Assembly: GCA_963815195.1 (NCBI GenBank)
Contig: CAWFGE010000022.1
Coordinates: 32,001 to 96,000 of the forward strand
Length of the DNA: 64,000 bases
From: an uncultured Planctomycetaceae bacterium
GTDB taxonomy: Bacteria > Planctomycetota > Planctomycetia > Planctomycetales > Planctomycetaceae
Direction of reading: 5' to 3'
Positions 9,706-19,541 of the stretch are shown one piece after another. Positions within the stretch are counted from its first letter, which is position 1. The number at the start of each line of letters is the position of its first letter. The position numbers and the translations under genes were made by a program. Under the pieces are notes generated by a model. The model searched no databases, was not told where the DNA came from, and saw only the letters and a list, made by a program, of their open reading frames with translations.

Positions 9706-10806
9706 TCAATGATTGAAAACCGCAAACGCGGCGATCGCGGCGGCGAGGAACACGGCGAGAGCGATCCAGCGTCCGGTTTTGGCGGCACTCGGCTTTGATA
9801 GTGCGGGAGCCGGCCGGTTTGAGGGAAGAGCGGGTTCGCGTGGACGGGACGCAGCGGGCGGGGCGACGGCTTCGCCACTCACCAGTTTTTTCAAATCGCC
9901 AATCAGCGCGTCCCAAGTCTCATAACCGGGCACACCGGCCGTTCGCAACATCCGATCTTTGATCACATTGGCCGATTGCGGCATCGTTCCCGTGGCTTCC
10001 GGCGAAGAGGGATCATCCGCCGGCGCGCTTGCATCTTCTGACCCGGCCGCGGAATCCCAAGTCCGCCCGGTTTGCAAAAAGTGATACAGTTTCCCCAGGG
10101 ACTCGCAGGTCCGCTCCAAAGCGGGCGGTTCGTCTTCGCAGCCGCAGGGGTCGGCAGTCACGATCCAACTCGGATCCCGGCCCGAGAGATGAATGTTCCC
10201 GTTTTCATCGAGGTACAACTCGTCGGCAGAGATTCGTTCGGGAGTCAGCCCCGCATCGGAGAATCGTTTGAGGGATTGAACCGTCTCCAGCAGGCATTCG
10301 CCGGCGAGTTCCAAAGGCAGCGGGCCGTTTTGGGAAACCACGTCGGCCAGGGTGTCGGCTTCCAGGCTCTCGCAGCACACGCAGATCATTTCCCCATGCC
10401 GGCCCACCTGGACGATCCCCGACGGTCCGCCGCGAACGGCCAGGCCGTTGGTTGGGCGGATTTCGGCGGCGATTTGTGTGGGATGGGAATTGGGCAGGCG
10501 GGCGGGGCCCAGAATGTGCATCCACACGGGGGAATCGTCTTGGAGGCGCCGGGCCGCGAAGATCAGCCGGTCTTTTTCCTCGTGGAGTTTTTCGTGAATC
10601 AGGCAATCGCAGAGGATCAGCGGGAGCGGAGAGGCTTCCGCGGCGGTTTGCGTTGCGGAGCGGGATTCTCCCGCTAAGCCCGATTCCTCTCGGGACTGAC
10701 CCTGAGCGTTTTCGGCGAGTTGGCGGCGAAAGGTCCGCGCATCCTCTCCCGAAAGCAACCGTCTCTCGGTCAAGTCGCGGAGGAATTGGTCAACAGTGAT
10801 GGCCAT
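9706..10806 (-). CDS. Degenerate Ser/Thr protein kinase-like protein (pseudokinase) with C-terminal TM helix
   Basis: Planctomycete kinase-type N-terminus and a kinase-like segment (LADVVSQNGPLPLELAGECL..ISADELYLDENGNIHL). G-loop, VAxK, HRD and DFG are all missing. Confidence 0.6.
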   Translation of the reverse strand: MAITVDQFLRDLTERRLLSGEDARTFRRQLAENAQGQSREESGLAGESRSATQTAAEASPLPLILCDCLIHEKLHEEKDRLIFAARRLQDDSPVWMHILGPARLPNSHPTQIAAEIRPTNGLAVRGGPSGIVQVGRHGEMICVCCESLEADTLADVVSQNGPLPLELAGECLLETVQSLKRFSDAGLTPERISADELYLDENGNIHLSGRDPSWIVTADPCGCEDEPPALERTCESLGKLYHFLQTGRTWDSAAGSEDASAPADDPSSPEATGTMPQSANVIKDRMLRTAGVPGYETWDALIGDLKKLVSGEAVAPPAASRPREPALPSNRPAPALSKPSAAKTGRWIALAVFLAAAIAAFAVFNH

Positions 10807-11166
10807 AACCGACGCCGGTTTTCTCTACGTGTCGAATGGGCTTCACAAATATAACCCCCACATTCGCCTTGAGGCATCCAGGAATTTTCGGGTGCAGTCA
10901 AATTATGTCCCGGCGGACCACTTCCTGCAAGACGGTCCGGCAGAATTCAGCGCCATCGGCGAACAGAGAAACTTGCCGGGCAGGCGGATTTCCCTAGGAG
11001 CCCGTGGCCAATTCCCCGATTTGTCCGTGCCTCGTGAACCTGCCCGGTTGATCGGATTTGCCTGTTTCCCTCTCTCATCGGCAGATCCGGCCTTTTCAAT
11101 GCGACTGTTTTCCGCGTATCTTGGATGGGCTGGGCAATTTTCACGGACCAGGATGCGAGAAACGTG

Positions 11167-13287
11167 ATGAGTGCACATATTCCTGCCGCGACCCGCGATC
11201 CGCTCGGAGGCGGCACGGGGACTCTGGAAGTCAACGTCGCCAAGACGTTCCTGGCCTCCACAAAGGACCTCGCCACCGCCGACCGCGGGCGGGTGTTCGA
11301 CTTCTTGGCGAAGTTTATGGACAACCCCGCGCACCCGGGCATCAGTCTGGAGCGCGTGCAGAATGCCGGCGATGCGGAGATGTGGTCCGCCCGCATCACG
11401 CAGAGCCTCAGGGCGATTTTGCACCGCTCCGGTTCCCGGAACACGCTGCTTTACGCCGGGCAGCACGATGAGGCCTACCACTGGGCCCTGCGCCGGCGGT
11501 TGGAGCATCATCCCGTCACAGGCAGCCTCCAGATTGTGGAAACGGCCGAGACCGCCGAGGAACTGCTCGCGAAATCGACGTCCCCCGCGAACGGTTTCGC
11601 TCCAGAGAACGCCGGCCTGTTTGCCGATTTTGACGATGAGTACCTTGTGAGCCTGGGCCTCCCCCGCGATTGGCTGCCGACGATTCGCCGGGTCCGGTTT
11701 GAAGACCAGGTGCTCGTCGTCGTGGAACGGTTGCCGGAGGAAGTCGGCGAGCGGTTGTTGGCTTTGGCCAGCGGGGAGTTTGTCACGCCGCCGACACCGG
11801 TCGCTCCCGAACGGCCGCTTGCGGAAAACCCCGACAACCGCCGGCGGTTTTGGGTGGTGAAAGACGCCGAGGAACTTCACGACATCCTCAGCCGGCCTTT
11901 GACGGATTGGGTCAAGTTTTTGCATCCGTCGCAAGAGCGGCTGGTGACGGGCAAGTTTGGCGGAGCGGTCAAAGTCACCGGAGCGGCGGGCACGGGCAAA
12001 ACCATCGTCGCCCTGCACCGCGCCCGCCACCTGGCGACGGAAGGTAATACGGTGTTTCTGACAAGCTACGTCAGCACGCTCTGTCGAAACCTCCGGCGGA
12101 ATTTGCAAATCCTCTGTTCCGAGGATGTGCTTTCAAAGATCACGGTGGGAACCATTCATCACCGCGCCCTCTCTCTCGCCCGGCAAATCCTGCCGAAACT
12201 TCGGCCTTTGGAATCCAAAGAGTTCCGCGATCTTGTCGGCCGGTTGCAAGCGTTCGGGCATCCGGATATTTCGACGGAGTTTTTGATCGCCGAGTGGCAG
12301 GGCGTCGTGGAACCTTTGGGCATCAGCAGTTGGGAGGAATACCAGGGTGCTCCGCGAATCGGCCGGGGGCGGCCACTCAAGCAAAGCGAACGCGAAGGCT
12401 GTTGGCGGGTGTTCGAGGCGCTGCGGGCGGAGATGGAACAAGGGTCCGCCTACCCCTGGGAGCAAATCTGCGAGATGGCCCGCGTGGGCTTGGAGAGCGG
12501 GCATCTGCAAAGCCCCTTCGACGCCGTGATCGTCGATGAAGTGCAGGACCTCCAGCCCTCTGCCCTGCGGTTGATTGCGGAACTCGCCAAAAACGCCGAG
12601 CACAACTTGCTGCTCGCGGGCGACGCCGGGCAGCGGATTTATCCCGGCGGATTCAGCCTCCGGCGGCTGGGGATCGATGTCCGCGGCCGGTCGCATGTGC
12701 TGCGGATCAATTATCGCACCACCGAGCAAATCCGCCGCTTCGCGGATCGCCTGCTTCCCGATGCGGTCGACGATCTCGACAGCGAAGTCTACCACCGCCG
12801 ATCGCATTGTCTCCTGCATGGCCCGAAGCCTCGGCTCCAAGGTTTTGAAACCGCGGCCGAGGAAGACGAGTTCATCGCCCGGCGGATTGAAGAGTTGTTG
12901 AGCGAAGGCCTCGCCACCGATGAAATCGCGATCTTCGCCCGCACGGGGAAACGCTTGGAATCGCTGAGGAGTTGTCTCGAAGACAGGGGCATTGTGCCGC
13001 ATCTGCTCAGCCGGGATGATGAGGCGGACCCCGAAACCGCCATCCGCGTCGGCACGATGCACCGCGCGAAAGGCTTGGAGTTCAAAGTCGTCTTTGCGAT
13101 CGATTGCAGCGACGGCGTCCTGCCCCATCCCAAAGCCCTCGCTCAAGCCGAGGAGATAGAGGACAATGACCAGGCCCTCGCCCGCGAACGGCAACTGCTC
13201 TATGTCACCCTGACCCGCGCCCGGGATGAAACCTGCATCACCTGGACCAAGACCCCGTCCTCGTTTTTGGCCGGGCTGGAGGGTTAG
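11167..13287 (+). CDS. UvrD/Rep-like SF1 helicase with N-terminal RelE/ParE-like domain
   Basis: Walker A GAAGTGKT, then IVDEVQD, GDAGQRIY, INYRTT, TMHRAKGLEF and LYVTLTRAR. The N-terminal NPAHPGISLERV..WSARIT..LRAIL..YAGQHDEAY segment is RelE-like. Confidence 0.85.
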   Translation: MSAHIPAATRDPLGGGTGTLEVNVAKTFLASTKDLATADRGRVFDFLAKFMDNPAHPGISLERVQNAGDAEMWSARITQSLRAILHRSGSRNTLLYAGQHDEAYHWALRRRLEHHPVTGSLQIVETAETAEELLAKSTSPANGFAPENAGLFADFDDEYLVSLGLPRDWLPTIRRVRFEDQVLVVVERLPEEVGERLLALASGEFVTPPTPVAPERPLAENPDNRRRFWVVKDAEELHDILSRPLTDWVKFLHPSQERLVTGKFGGAVKVTGAAGTGKTIVALHRARHLATEGNTVFLTSYVSTLCRNLRRNLQILCSEDVLSKITVGTIHHRALSLARQILPKLRPLESKEFRDLVGRLQAFGHPDISTEFLIAEWQGVVEPLGISSWEEYQGAPRIGRGRPLKQSEREGCWRVFEALRAEMEQGSAYPWEQICEMARVGLESGHLQSPFDAVIVDEVQDLQPSALRLIAELAKNAEHNLLLAGDAGQRIYPGGFSLRRLGIDVRGRSHVLRINYRTTEQIRRFADRLLPDAVDDLDSEVYHRRSHCLLHGPKPRLQGFETAAEEDEFIARRIEELLSEGLATDEIAIFARTGKRLESLRSCLEDRGIVPHLLSRDDEADPETAIRVGTMHRAKGLEFKVVFAIDCSDGVLPHPKALAQAEEIEDNDQALARERQLLYVTLTRARDETCITWTKTPSSFLAGLEG

Positions 13288-13317
13288 AACATTGAAGAGA
13301 TTTGCAAAAGAGAGCGG

Positions 13318-13398
13318 CGGGTGGCACGCCCTGAGGAACGAAGGGCGTGGTCCTTGCGATCGCCACGCCCTTCGCTGCATTCAGGGTCGTGCCACCCG
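13318..13398. repeat. REP-like inverted pair (family C)
   Basis: GGGTGGCACGCCCTGAGGAACGAAGGGCGTGG with an inverted partner. Further copies at about 13839-13909 and 41524-41577. Confidence 0.8.
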
Positions 13399-13443
13399 TG
13401 ACCTGAATCCTACTTCAAAAAACACCACCGAAAGCGATGATCG

Positions 13444-13752
13444 ATGCCCACGCGTGCCCAGTTGGAAGAGTTGTTGAAGTCCGATCCCGAAGACACGTTT
13501 TTGCTTTACGCGCACGCCAAGGCGTGCGTGAACGAAGGCGATGTCGCGAAGGGACTCAGCCAGTTCGAGGAAGTCTTGAAACGCGACCCCAAGCACGTGG
13601 CGGCGTATTTCCAAAAAGCGCAGGTCCTCGCCGAGCATAGCGAGACCAACGAGGCCCGGCAGGTCGTCACCCAAGGGATTGAGGTCGCCCACGAAGTCGG
13701 CGACGCCCACGCCGAGGAAGAAATGCGCGGCTTTCTCGCCTCGTTGGAGTGA
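13444..13752 (+). CDS. Small tetratricopeptide repeat protein
   Basis: TPR-like helices (DPEDTFLLYA, DPKHVAAYFQKAQVL). Confidence 0.8.
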   Translation: MPTRAQLEELLKSDPEDTFLLYAHAKACVNEGDVAKGLSQFEEVLKRDPKHVAAYFQKAQVLAEHSETNEARQVVTQGIEVAHEVGDAHAEEEMRGFLASLE

Positions 13753-13755
13753 AAA

Positions 13756-13909
13756 TGTGAGCGGTAGGCGCTAGCCTCCGGCCTCGAGGAAGGGAAATTC
13801 CTCGAAACGAAAGCCGGCGGCTAGTCGAGTAGCCCGTTGCGAAGGGCGTGGCAAACCGCCTCGATCATCCTCACCGACCACGCCCTTCGTTCCTCAGGGC
13901 GTGCCACCC
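13756..13909. repeat. Composite REP cluster (family B pair plus family C pair)
   Basis: TGTGAGCGGTAGGCGCTAGCCTCCGG..AAGCCGGCGGCTAG, followed by GAAGGGCGTGG..CCACGCCCTTCGTTCCTCAGGGCGTGCCACCC. Confidence 0.75.
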
Positions 13910-14045
13910 AATTCACGGATTTCTCGCCTCGTTGGATTGAGCCACGCAACCCGCAACCATTGCAATTCGCGGGCCGCGCGAGAATCATGGTAGTCATCGG
14001 CTTCATTGAAAAACCCCTCCGTGAATACCTTCCGAGGATGACGCC

Positions 14046-17000
14046 ATGCGGATGATCTTCTTTCTGGCAATTGTCGGCTTACTGCAAAATCCCTTGTTCG
14101 CTCAAACCGAGGGCTACTTGGTGGGGGCGGCGGTGGAGGACATCACGCCGGGCTTTCCCATCCGCCTTACCGGCTACGGCAGCCGGCAGTTTGAATCTGC
14201 GGGCGTCGAGCAAAAACTGCACGCGCGGGCGTTGGCGGTGAAGGAGAACGGCTCCGCCGAGCCCGCCGTCATCTGCACGGTGGAAGTCTTGGGGATCACG
14301 CCCGAACTTCGCCAGGCGATTCTTGCCGAGGTCAACAAAACCCAAAAACTGGCGAACGAGCGGTTTGAGATTTGCGCGACGCATACGCACACGGGGCCTT
14401 CTATCAACGGCGTCTGCCCACTGATCTTAGGCGACACGATCCGCCCCGCGGAGCAAAAGCATATCGATCAATACTCCAAGGAACTCGTTCCCAAGGTCGC
14501 GAGCGCCGTCACCAAAGCCATCGCCAACCTCAAGCCGGGCGGTTTGTTTTTCGGCCGCGGCAAGGCGGGCTTCGCGGTGAACCGCCGGGTTTTGAAAGAC
14601 GGCATCTGGTCGGGCTTCGGCGTCAATCCCGACGGGCCGGTGGATCATCAGCTTCCGATCCTCGTCGTCAAGGACAAAAGCGGAAAAGTCGCCTTCGTGC
14701 TCGCGAATTATGCCTGCCATTGCACCACGTTCGGCGGGCGGTTCAACAAGATCAGCGGCGACTGGGCGGGATATGCGTCCGAAGCTTTGGAGCAAGAATA
14801 TCCCGGCTCCGTCGCACTTGTGTCCATCGGCTGCGGAGCCGACGCCAATCCCGAACCCCGCGACGGCGACGAGGCTCTGAAATCCGCGAAGCAGCACGGC
14901 GAGGAGTTGGCCAAAGAAGTCGGCCGCTTGATCGCCGGCGAACTCAGACCGCTTTCCGGCCCCATCGCCGGGAAGATCACCACGATCAAGTTGCCCTTCG
15001 ATCGTCCGCGGACGAAAGAGGAATGGGAAAAGCTCGCGAAGGAGCGAAACCAGACCGGAACCTATGGCCGATATTTTCTGGACCTCTTCAACAAGAAGGC
15101 CGTGCCAAAGGAATTGGACTACACCGTGTCCACGCTGACCTTCGGGGATGACCTGGCGATGGTGTTTCTCGCGGGTGAGGTCGTGGTGGATTATGGCATT
15201 CGGCTGTCGGGCGAACTCGACGCCAACCGCCTGTGGGTGTCGAGTTATTCGAACGATGTGCCCTGCTACATCCCGTCGCGGCGGATTCTGCGGGAGCGCG
15301 GCTACGAAGCCGACCGCTCGATGGAATTCTACCGCCGGCCCAACCGCTTCAGCCCGGCGATCGAGGATCTGATCGTCGATGCCGTGCAGAGGCTGTTGCC
15401 TCCCGAGTTTTATTCCAAGGAAAAAAGGGCCGAGTTCCCGCCGCCCAAATCGCCCGCAGAGGCGATTGGGTCCTTCAAACTCCCCGCAGGTTTGAAGCTG
15501 GAACTCGCCGCGGCCGAGCCTTTGATCGCCGACCCCGTGGCGTTCGATTGGGGGATGGACGGTTCGTTGTGGGTCGTGGAGATGGGCGATTATCCCAACG
15601 GCGTCGATGGACAAGGGAAACCGGGCGGCCGCGTAAAACATTTGATCGACACCGACGCCGACGGCCGGTTTGATCAGATGACCGTGTTCCTCAAAGACCT
15701 GCCCTTTCCGACGGGCGTGAAGGTTTGGCGGAAAGGCGTGCTCATCACCGCAGCCCCGAAAATTCTGTACGCGGAAGACGAGAACGGCGACGGGACCGCG
15801 GATTCGGTCAAAACCCTTTACGAAGGCTTTGGCGAAGGCAACCAGCAGCACCGCGTGAACGGCCTTCGCTGGGGCTTGGACAACTGGCTTTACGTCGGAA
15901 ACGGCGACAGCCACGGCGAGATTCGCTCCGCCAAAACCAACGCCCACGTCAGCGTGCGGAAACGCGATCTTCGCATCCGGCCCGATGAGGGGCTGCTCGA
16001 AGCCATGTCCGGCAACACGCAGTTCGGCATCAATCGCGACGATTGGGGCAACTGGTTCGGCGGCAACAACAGCAACCCCATGTGGCAGTACGTCCTCAAT
16101 CAGCGGTATCTCGACCGCAACCCCCACGTCGTCCCGCCGGAAGCCAAAGTCATGGTCTCGAACCAACCGGGAGCCGCCCCGGTGTTTCCCCGCAGCCGGA
16201 CTTTGCACCGCTTCAATGATTTTTATGCCGCCAACCGTTTTACGTCCGCTTGCAGTCCGATGATCTACCGCGACCATCTGCTGGGCGAATCCTACGCCGG
16301 GAATGCCTTCGTCTGCGAACCCGTGCACAACCTGGTGCACCGGGAAGTCGTAAGCCAGGCAGGCGTGCGGTTCGCGAGCCGGCGGGCGGACTCCGAACAA
16401 GCCTCGGAGTTTTTCGCGTCCGACGACAACTGGTCTCGGCCGGTGATGATCCGCACGGGACCCGATGGGGCATTGTGGGTCGCGGACTTTTATCGGTTTG
16501 TGATCGAGCACCCCAAATGGATCCCGGAACATCAGCAGCGGAAAGTCGACGTCCGCGCGGGCAGCGACCGCGGGCGGATTTATCGGATCGTTCCAGAACG
16601 TGGAGCGCGGCCGATGCCGAATTTGGAGAAACTTTCGATCGAGGAATTAGTGAAGGTCGTGGAATCGCCCAATGGCACCTTGCGGGACATGGCGCATCAA
16701 CTCTTATTGTGGAAGCACGATCCCAAATCGATTCCGCTTTTGGAGAAAATGGCCGTCGATGATCCAAAACCGCTCGCGCGGCTGCATGCGTTGTGCGTGC
16801 TGGATGGACTCGATGCCGTCAATGAAGAACTGTTGTTGCAGGTGCTTTCCGATGCGGATCTCCGCGTGGCTCGGCATGCGGTGCGGATCAGCGAAGCCTT
16901 CGTGAATGAGTCCTCGCAAATCGGTGAGCGCTGGGTCGCCTTCGCGGCCACAAAAGATCCGCTCCTCAAAATGCAAGTCGCGTATTCGCTCGGCGAATGG

Positions 17001-18689
17001 AAATCTCCCGCAGCCGGCAACGCCTTGGCGAAGATTCTCATGAGCGCCAAAGACGATCCCTACCTCACCGCGGCCGCCGTGAGTTCACTCACTCAAAACA
17101 ATCTGGAAGCCGCGATCGAGACGTGTTTGAAACAACTTAACGCAAAGTCGATTCCCGCGTATCTGACGCCGGTCTTGCAAACCGCTTTGGGGCAAAAGCG
17201 CGGCGACTTGGCGGCTCGGCTTTTGCTTGCGATCTTGCCGGATGCCCAGCCCATCACCATGAAGGACCTTCAAACCGCCCGGCAACCGTTGGCGGCGATC
17301 GGCTCGAAACGCGGGACATTGAACTCGCTGCTGAAAACCCAAATCGAGTTGCGAAATCGTCTGCAAAAATACCACGCCGCCGCTTTGCAAACGGCTCTCG
17401 ATCCGAACGCCCTTGTCAACGATCGCGTTTTGGCGATTGGGTTTCTGGGCGAAGGCGTTGGCGGAAGCTCGCACGCTGTGCAGAAATTGGAAAAGCTCAT
17501 CAGCCTGACAACGCCAACGGCGATCCAGGTCCGCGTGGTCGAAGCGATCAATGCCCAAAGCGATGATGCGGCGTTTGGCCGGCTGTTGAAAACGTTTCGC
17601 CAACTGACGCCCCCGGTGAAGTCCGCCGTGCTCGCCGGGGCGGAGCGAAGTTCCGCCCGGCAGAAGCTTCTGTTGGAAGCCGTCGAACGCGGCGACGTTC
17701 CGGCGACGGAGTTGAGCGTTTCGCTCAGGCAGCGGTTGCTCGATCATCGGGATTCCAGCATTCGCCGACTGGCCCAAAAGACGCTGGGCGTTTCCGAATC
17801 GCGGAAAGAGATCCTCGCGTTGCGCGCATCGTGTTTGAAGCTTATCGGCGACTTGGAACGGGGGCAACAAGTTTTCAAAAAGCAGTGCAGCCAGTGTCAT
17901 AAGGTGGGCGAGACCGGGCACGCGGTGGGGCCGGATTTGGCTTCGCTGACGAACCGCTCCCCGCAGGCGATGTTCGTGGCGATCCTCGACCCCAATGCCG
18001 CGATGGAAGACAAGTTCGCCCAGTACCTCGCGATCACCTCGGCGGGTATCACGCACAACGGGCAACTTATCAATGAGACGGCGAACTCGATCACGTTCGA
18101 AGGCCCGGAGAGCAAGCGCGTGGAACTGTTGCGGTCCGACCTGGAAGAGTTTCGCTCCACGGGCAAATCGCTGATGCCCGAGGGCCTCGAGAAAGTGCTC
18201 TCCGACCAGGACCTGGCGGACGTGATGGCCTATGTCGGCGAGATCGGCCCCGATCCGAAATCATTCCCCGGCTTAAATCCGCGGAAGATCGTCCAGGACC
18301 AGGGCCCCATCCGCCTGCCGGCGTCGTCGGCGTTTCTTTATGGAGACCTCATCCGCTTTGAGCGGAAGTACGAAAACCTGGGCACCTGGGGCCGGCCCAC
18401 GGACCGGGCCATGTGGAAGCTGCAGGTCACGGAACCGGGCAACTACCAAATCGAGTTGGATTATTCCTGCGATCCGCTGCACGCGGGCAACCGGTTTCGC
18501 TTGAGCCTCGGCAACCAGACAGTCGACGGGACGGCCCTAAGCACCGGGTCCTGGGATCAATTCGCGTCGCATCCGCTCGGCACGGTCCACCTGGAGCCCG
18601 GCCCCACGCGGATCGTCCTCCAAAGCATCGGCCCCATCCGCCGCGAATCGCTGATGAAGCTCCGCACGGTGCAGTTGTCGCCGAAATAA
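14046..18689 (+). CDS. PVC-type heme-binding CxxCH protein: neutral-ceramidase-like N-domain, beta-propeller dehydrogenase-like domain, HEAT-like repeats, cytochrome c, C-terminal CBM-like domain
   Basis: Signal peptide; ATHTHTGP and NYACHCT (ceramidase-like); AAEPLIADPVAFDWG and TGPDGALWVAD; CSQCH..VGPDL..SLMPEGLE; C-terminal beta-sandwich. Confidence 0.88.
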   Translation: MRMIFFLAIVGLLQNPLFAQTEGYLVGAAVEDITPGFPIRLTGYGSRQFESAGVEQKLHARALAVKENGSAEPAVICTVEVLGITPELRQAILAEVNKTQKLANERFEICATHTHTGPSINGVCPLILGDTIRPAEQKHIDQYSKELVPKVASAVTKAIANLKPGGLFFGRGKAGFAVNRRVLKDGIWSGFGVNPDGPVDHQLPILVVKDKSGKVAFVLANYACHCTTFGGRFNKISGDWAGYASEALEQEYPGSVALVSIGCGADANPEPRDGDEALKSAKQHGEELAKEVGRLIAGELRPLSGPIAGKITTIKLPFDRPRTKEEWEKLAKERNQTGTYGRYFLDLFNKKAVPKELDYTVSTLTFGDDLAMVFLAGEVVVDYGIRLSGELDANRLWVSSYSNDVPCYIPSRRILRERGYEADRSMEFYRRPNRFSPAIEDLIVDAVQRLLPPEFYSKEKRAEFPPPKSPAEAIGSFKLPAGLKLELAAAEPLIADPVAFDWGMDGSLWVVEMGDYPNGVDGQGKPGGRVKHLIDTDADGRFDQMTVFLKDLPFPTGVKVWRKGVLITAAPKILYAEDENGDGTADSVKTLYEGFGEGNQQHRVNGLRWGLDNWLYVGNGDSHGEIRSAKTNAHVSVRKRDLRIRPDEGLLEAMSGNTQFGINRDDWGNWFGGNNSNPMWQYVLNQRYLDRNPHVVPPEAKVMVSNQPGAAPVFPRSRTLHRFNDFYAANRFTSACSPMIYRDHLLGESYAGNAFVCEPVHNLVHREVVSQAGVRFASRRADSEQASEFFASDDNWSRPVMIRTGPDGALWVADFYRFVIEHPKWIPEHQQRKVDVRAGSDRGRIYRIVPERGARPMPNLEKLSIEELVKVVESPNGTLRDMAHQLLLWKHDPKSIPLLEKMAVDDPKPLARLHALCVLDGLDAVNEELLLQVLSDADLRVARHAVRISEAFVNESSQIGERWVAFAATKDPLLKMQVAYSLGEWKSPAAGNALAKILMSAKDDPYLTAAAVSSLTQNNLEAAIETCLKQLNAKSIPAYLTPVLQTALGQKRGDLAARLLLAILPDAQPITMKDLQTARQPLAAIGSKRGTLNSLLKTQIELRNRLQKYHAAALQTALDPNALVNDRVLAIGFLGEGVGGSSHAVQKLEKLISLTTPTAIQVRVVEAINAQSDDAAFGRLLKTFRQLTPPVKSAVLAGAERSSARQKLLLEAVERGDVPATELSVSLRQRLLDHRDSSIRRLAQKTLGVSESRKEILALRASCLKLIGDLERGQQVFKKQCSQCHKVGETGHAVGPDLASLTNRSPQAMFVAILDPNAAMEDKFAQYLAITSAGITHNGQLINETANSITFEGPESKRVELLRSDLEEFRSTGKSLMPEGLEKVLSDQDLADVMAYVGEIGPDPKSFPGLNPRKIVQDQGPIRLPASSAFLYGDLIRFERKYENLGTWGRPTDRAMWKLQVTEPGNYQIELDYSCDPLHAGNRFRLSLGNQTVDGTALSTGSWDQFASHPLGTVHLEPGPTRIVLQSIGPIRRESLMKLRTVQLSPK

Positions 18690-18766
18690 GCCGATACCTG
18701 CGGGAAGCCCAGCCTGCGTTCGGCGGGCTCGTGAAGATAATCCCAAAATCATTCACCGCACACGGC

Positions 18767-19342
18767 CTACTCCTCGTAGGGGATGCCTTTTTCCTTGTAG
18801 ATCCGCTTCTTCTCGGCTTTGTCTTCGAGAACGACAATATCTCCCGTTTGAGTATCGTAGCCGTAATAGCGATAGGCGGGCTGATTCTGGAATTGAATCC
18901 GGCACTGCTTGGCGAGATCTTTAAATTGCTGAAAACTGACGGGGCGGTCTTCGTTGGCGGCTTTCATGATGTCCAAATTGTGCTTAAAGTTCGTGACTTC
19001 CGCCCGGGAAGCGAGCGTCACATACGCCGAGGCCGCAAAGCTGAGCGGATCGCCGCCTTGGGCTTTGTTGTCCACGACCTCCAAGCCTGGCGTTTCCTGC
19101 TTGGCTTTGGGCCATTCGACCAACCGAGCTTCGACATCGGGAATCGTCTTGTTATTGGCCGGGGCGGGTTGTGCCTGGTTTCCGCCGCCGACCGGGGCGT
19201 CGTCCTGGTCCGGGAGCACCATTCCCGGGAGGCCGCCGGGGGATCGGCCCTTCGGCTTCGCGGCGTTTTGATTGGAAGCGTCTTCCTTCACGCCGCAGCC
19301 GAGCATCGCCGTCGCGAGCAGGCTGAAAACGAACATCCGCAT
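18767..19342 (-). CDS. Hypothetical lipoprotein
   Basis: Lipobox-like AMLGC after a hydrophobic leader; GGAGA RBS. Confidence 0.7.
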   Translation of the reverse strand: MRMFVFSLLATAMLGCGVKEDASNQNAAKPKGRSPGGLPGMVLPDQDDAPVGGGNQAQPAPANNKTIPDVEARLVEWPKAKQETPGLEVVDNKAQGGDPLSFAASAYVTLASRAEVTNFKHNLDIMKAANEDRPVSFQQFKDLAKQCRIQFQNQPAYRYYGYDTQTGDIVVLEDKAEKKRIYKEKGIPYEE

Positions 19343-19541
19343 GGGTGTCTCCTTGGTGAATCAATCGAGGGGATCAAAACGAGCATCAAACACAAGGTTC
19401 GATTATACAAAACCCCGGCGCGGCTTCCCATGAGACGTCACTCTTGAACGATTCCGTTAACCGGAGTAAGCTAGTTTTCGTCCAATTCAAGAACCCGAGA
19501 ATTCGCCCTCAGCCCTTCTCTGTTTCTCCCGGGGACTTGCC

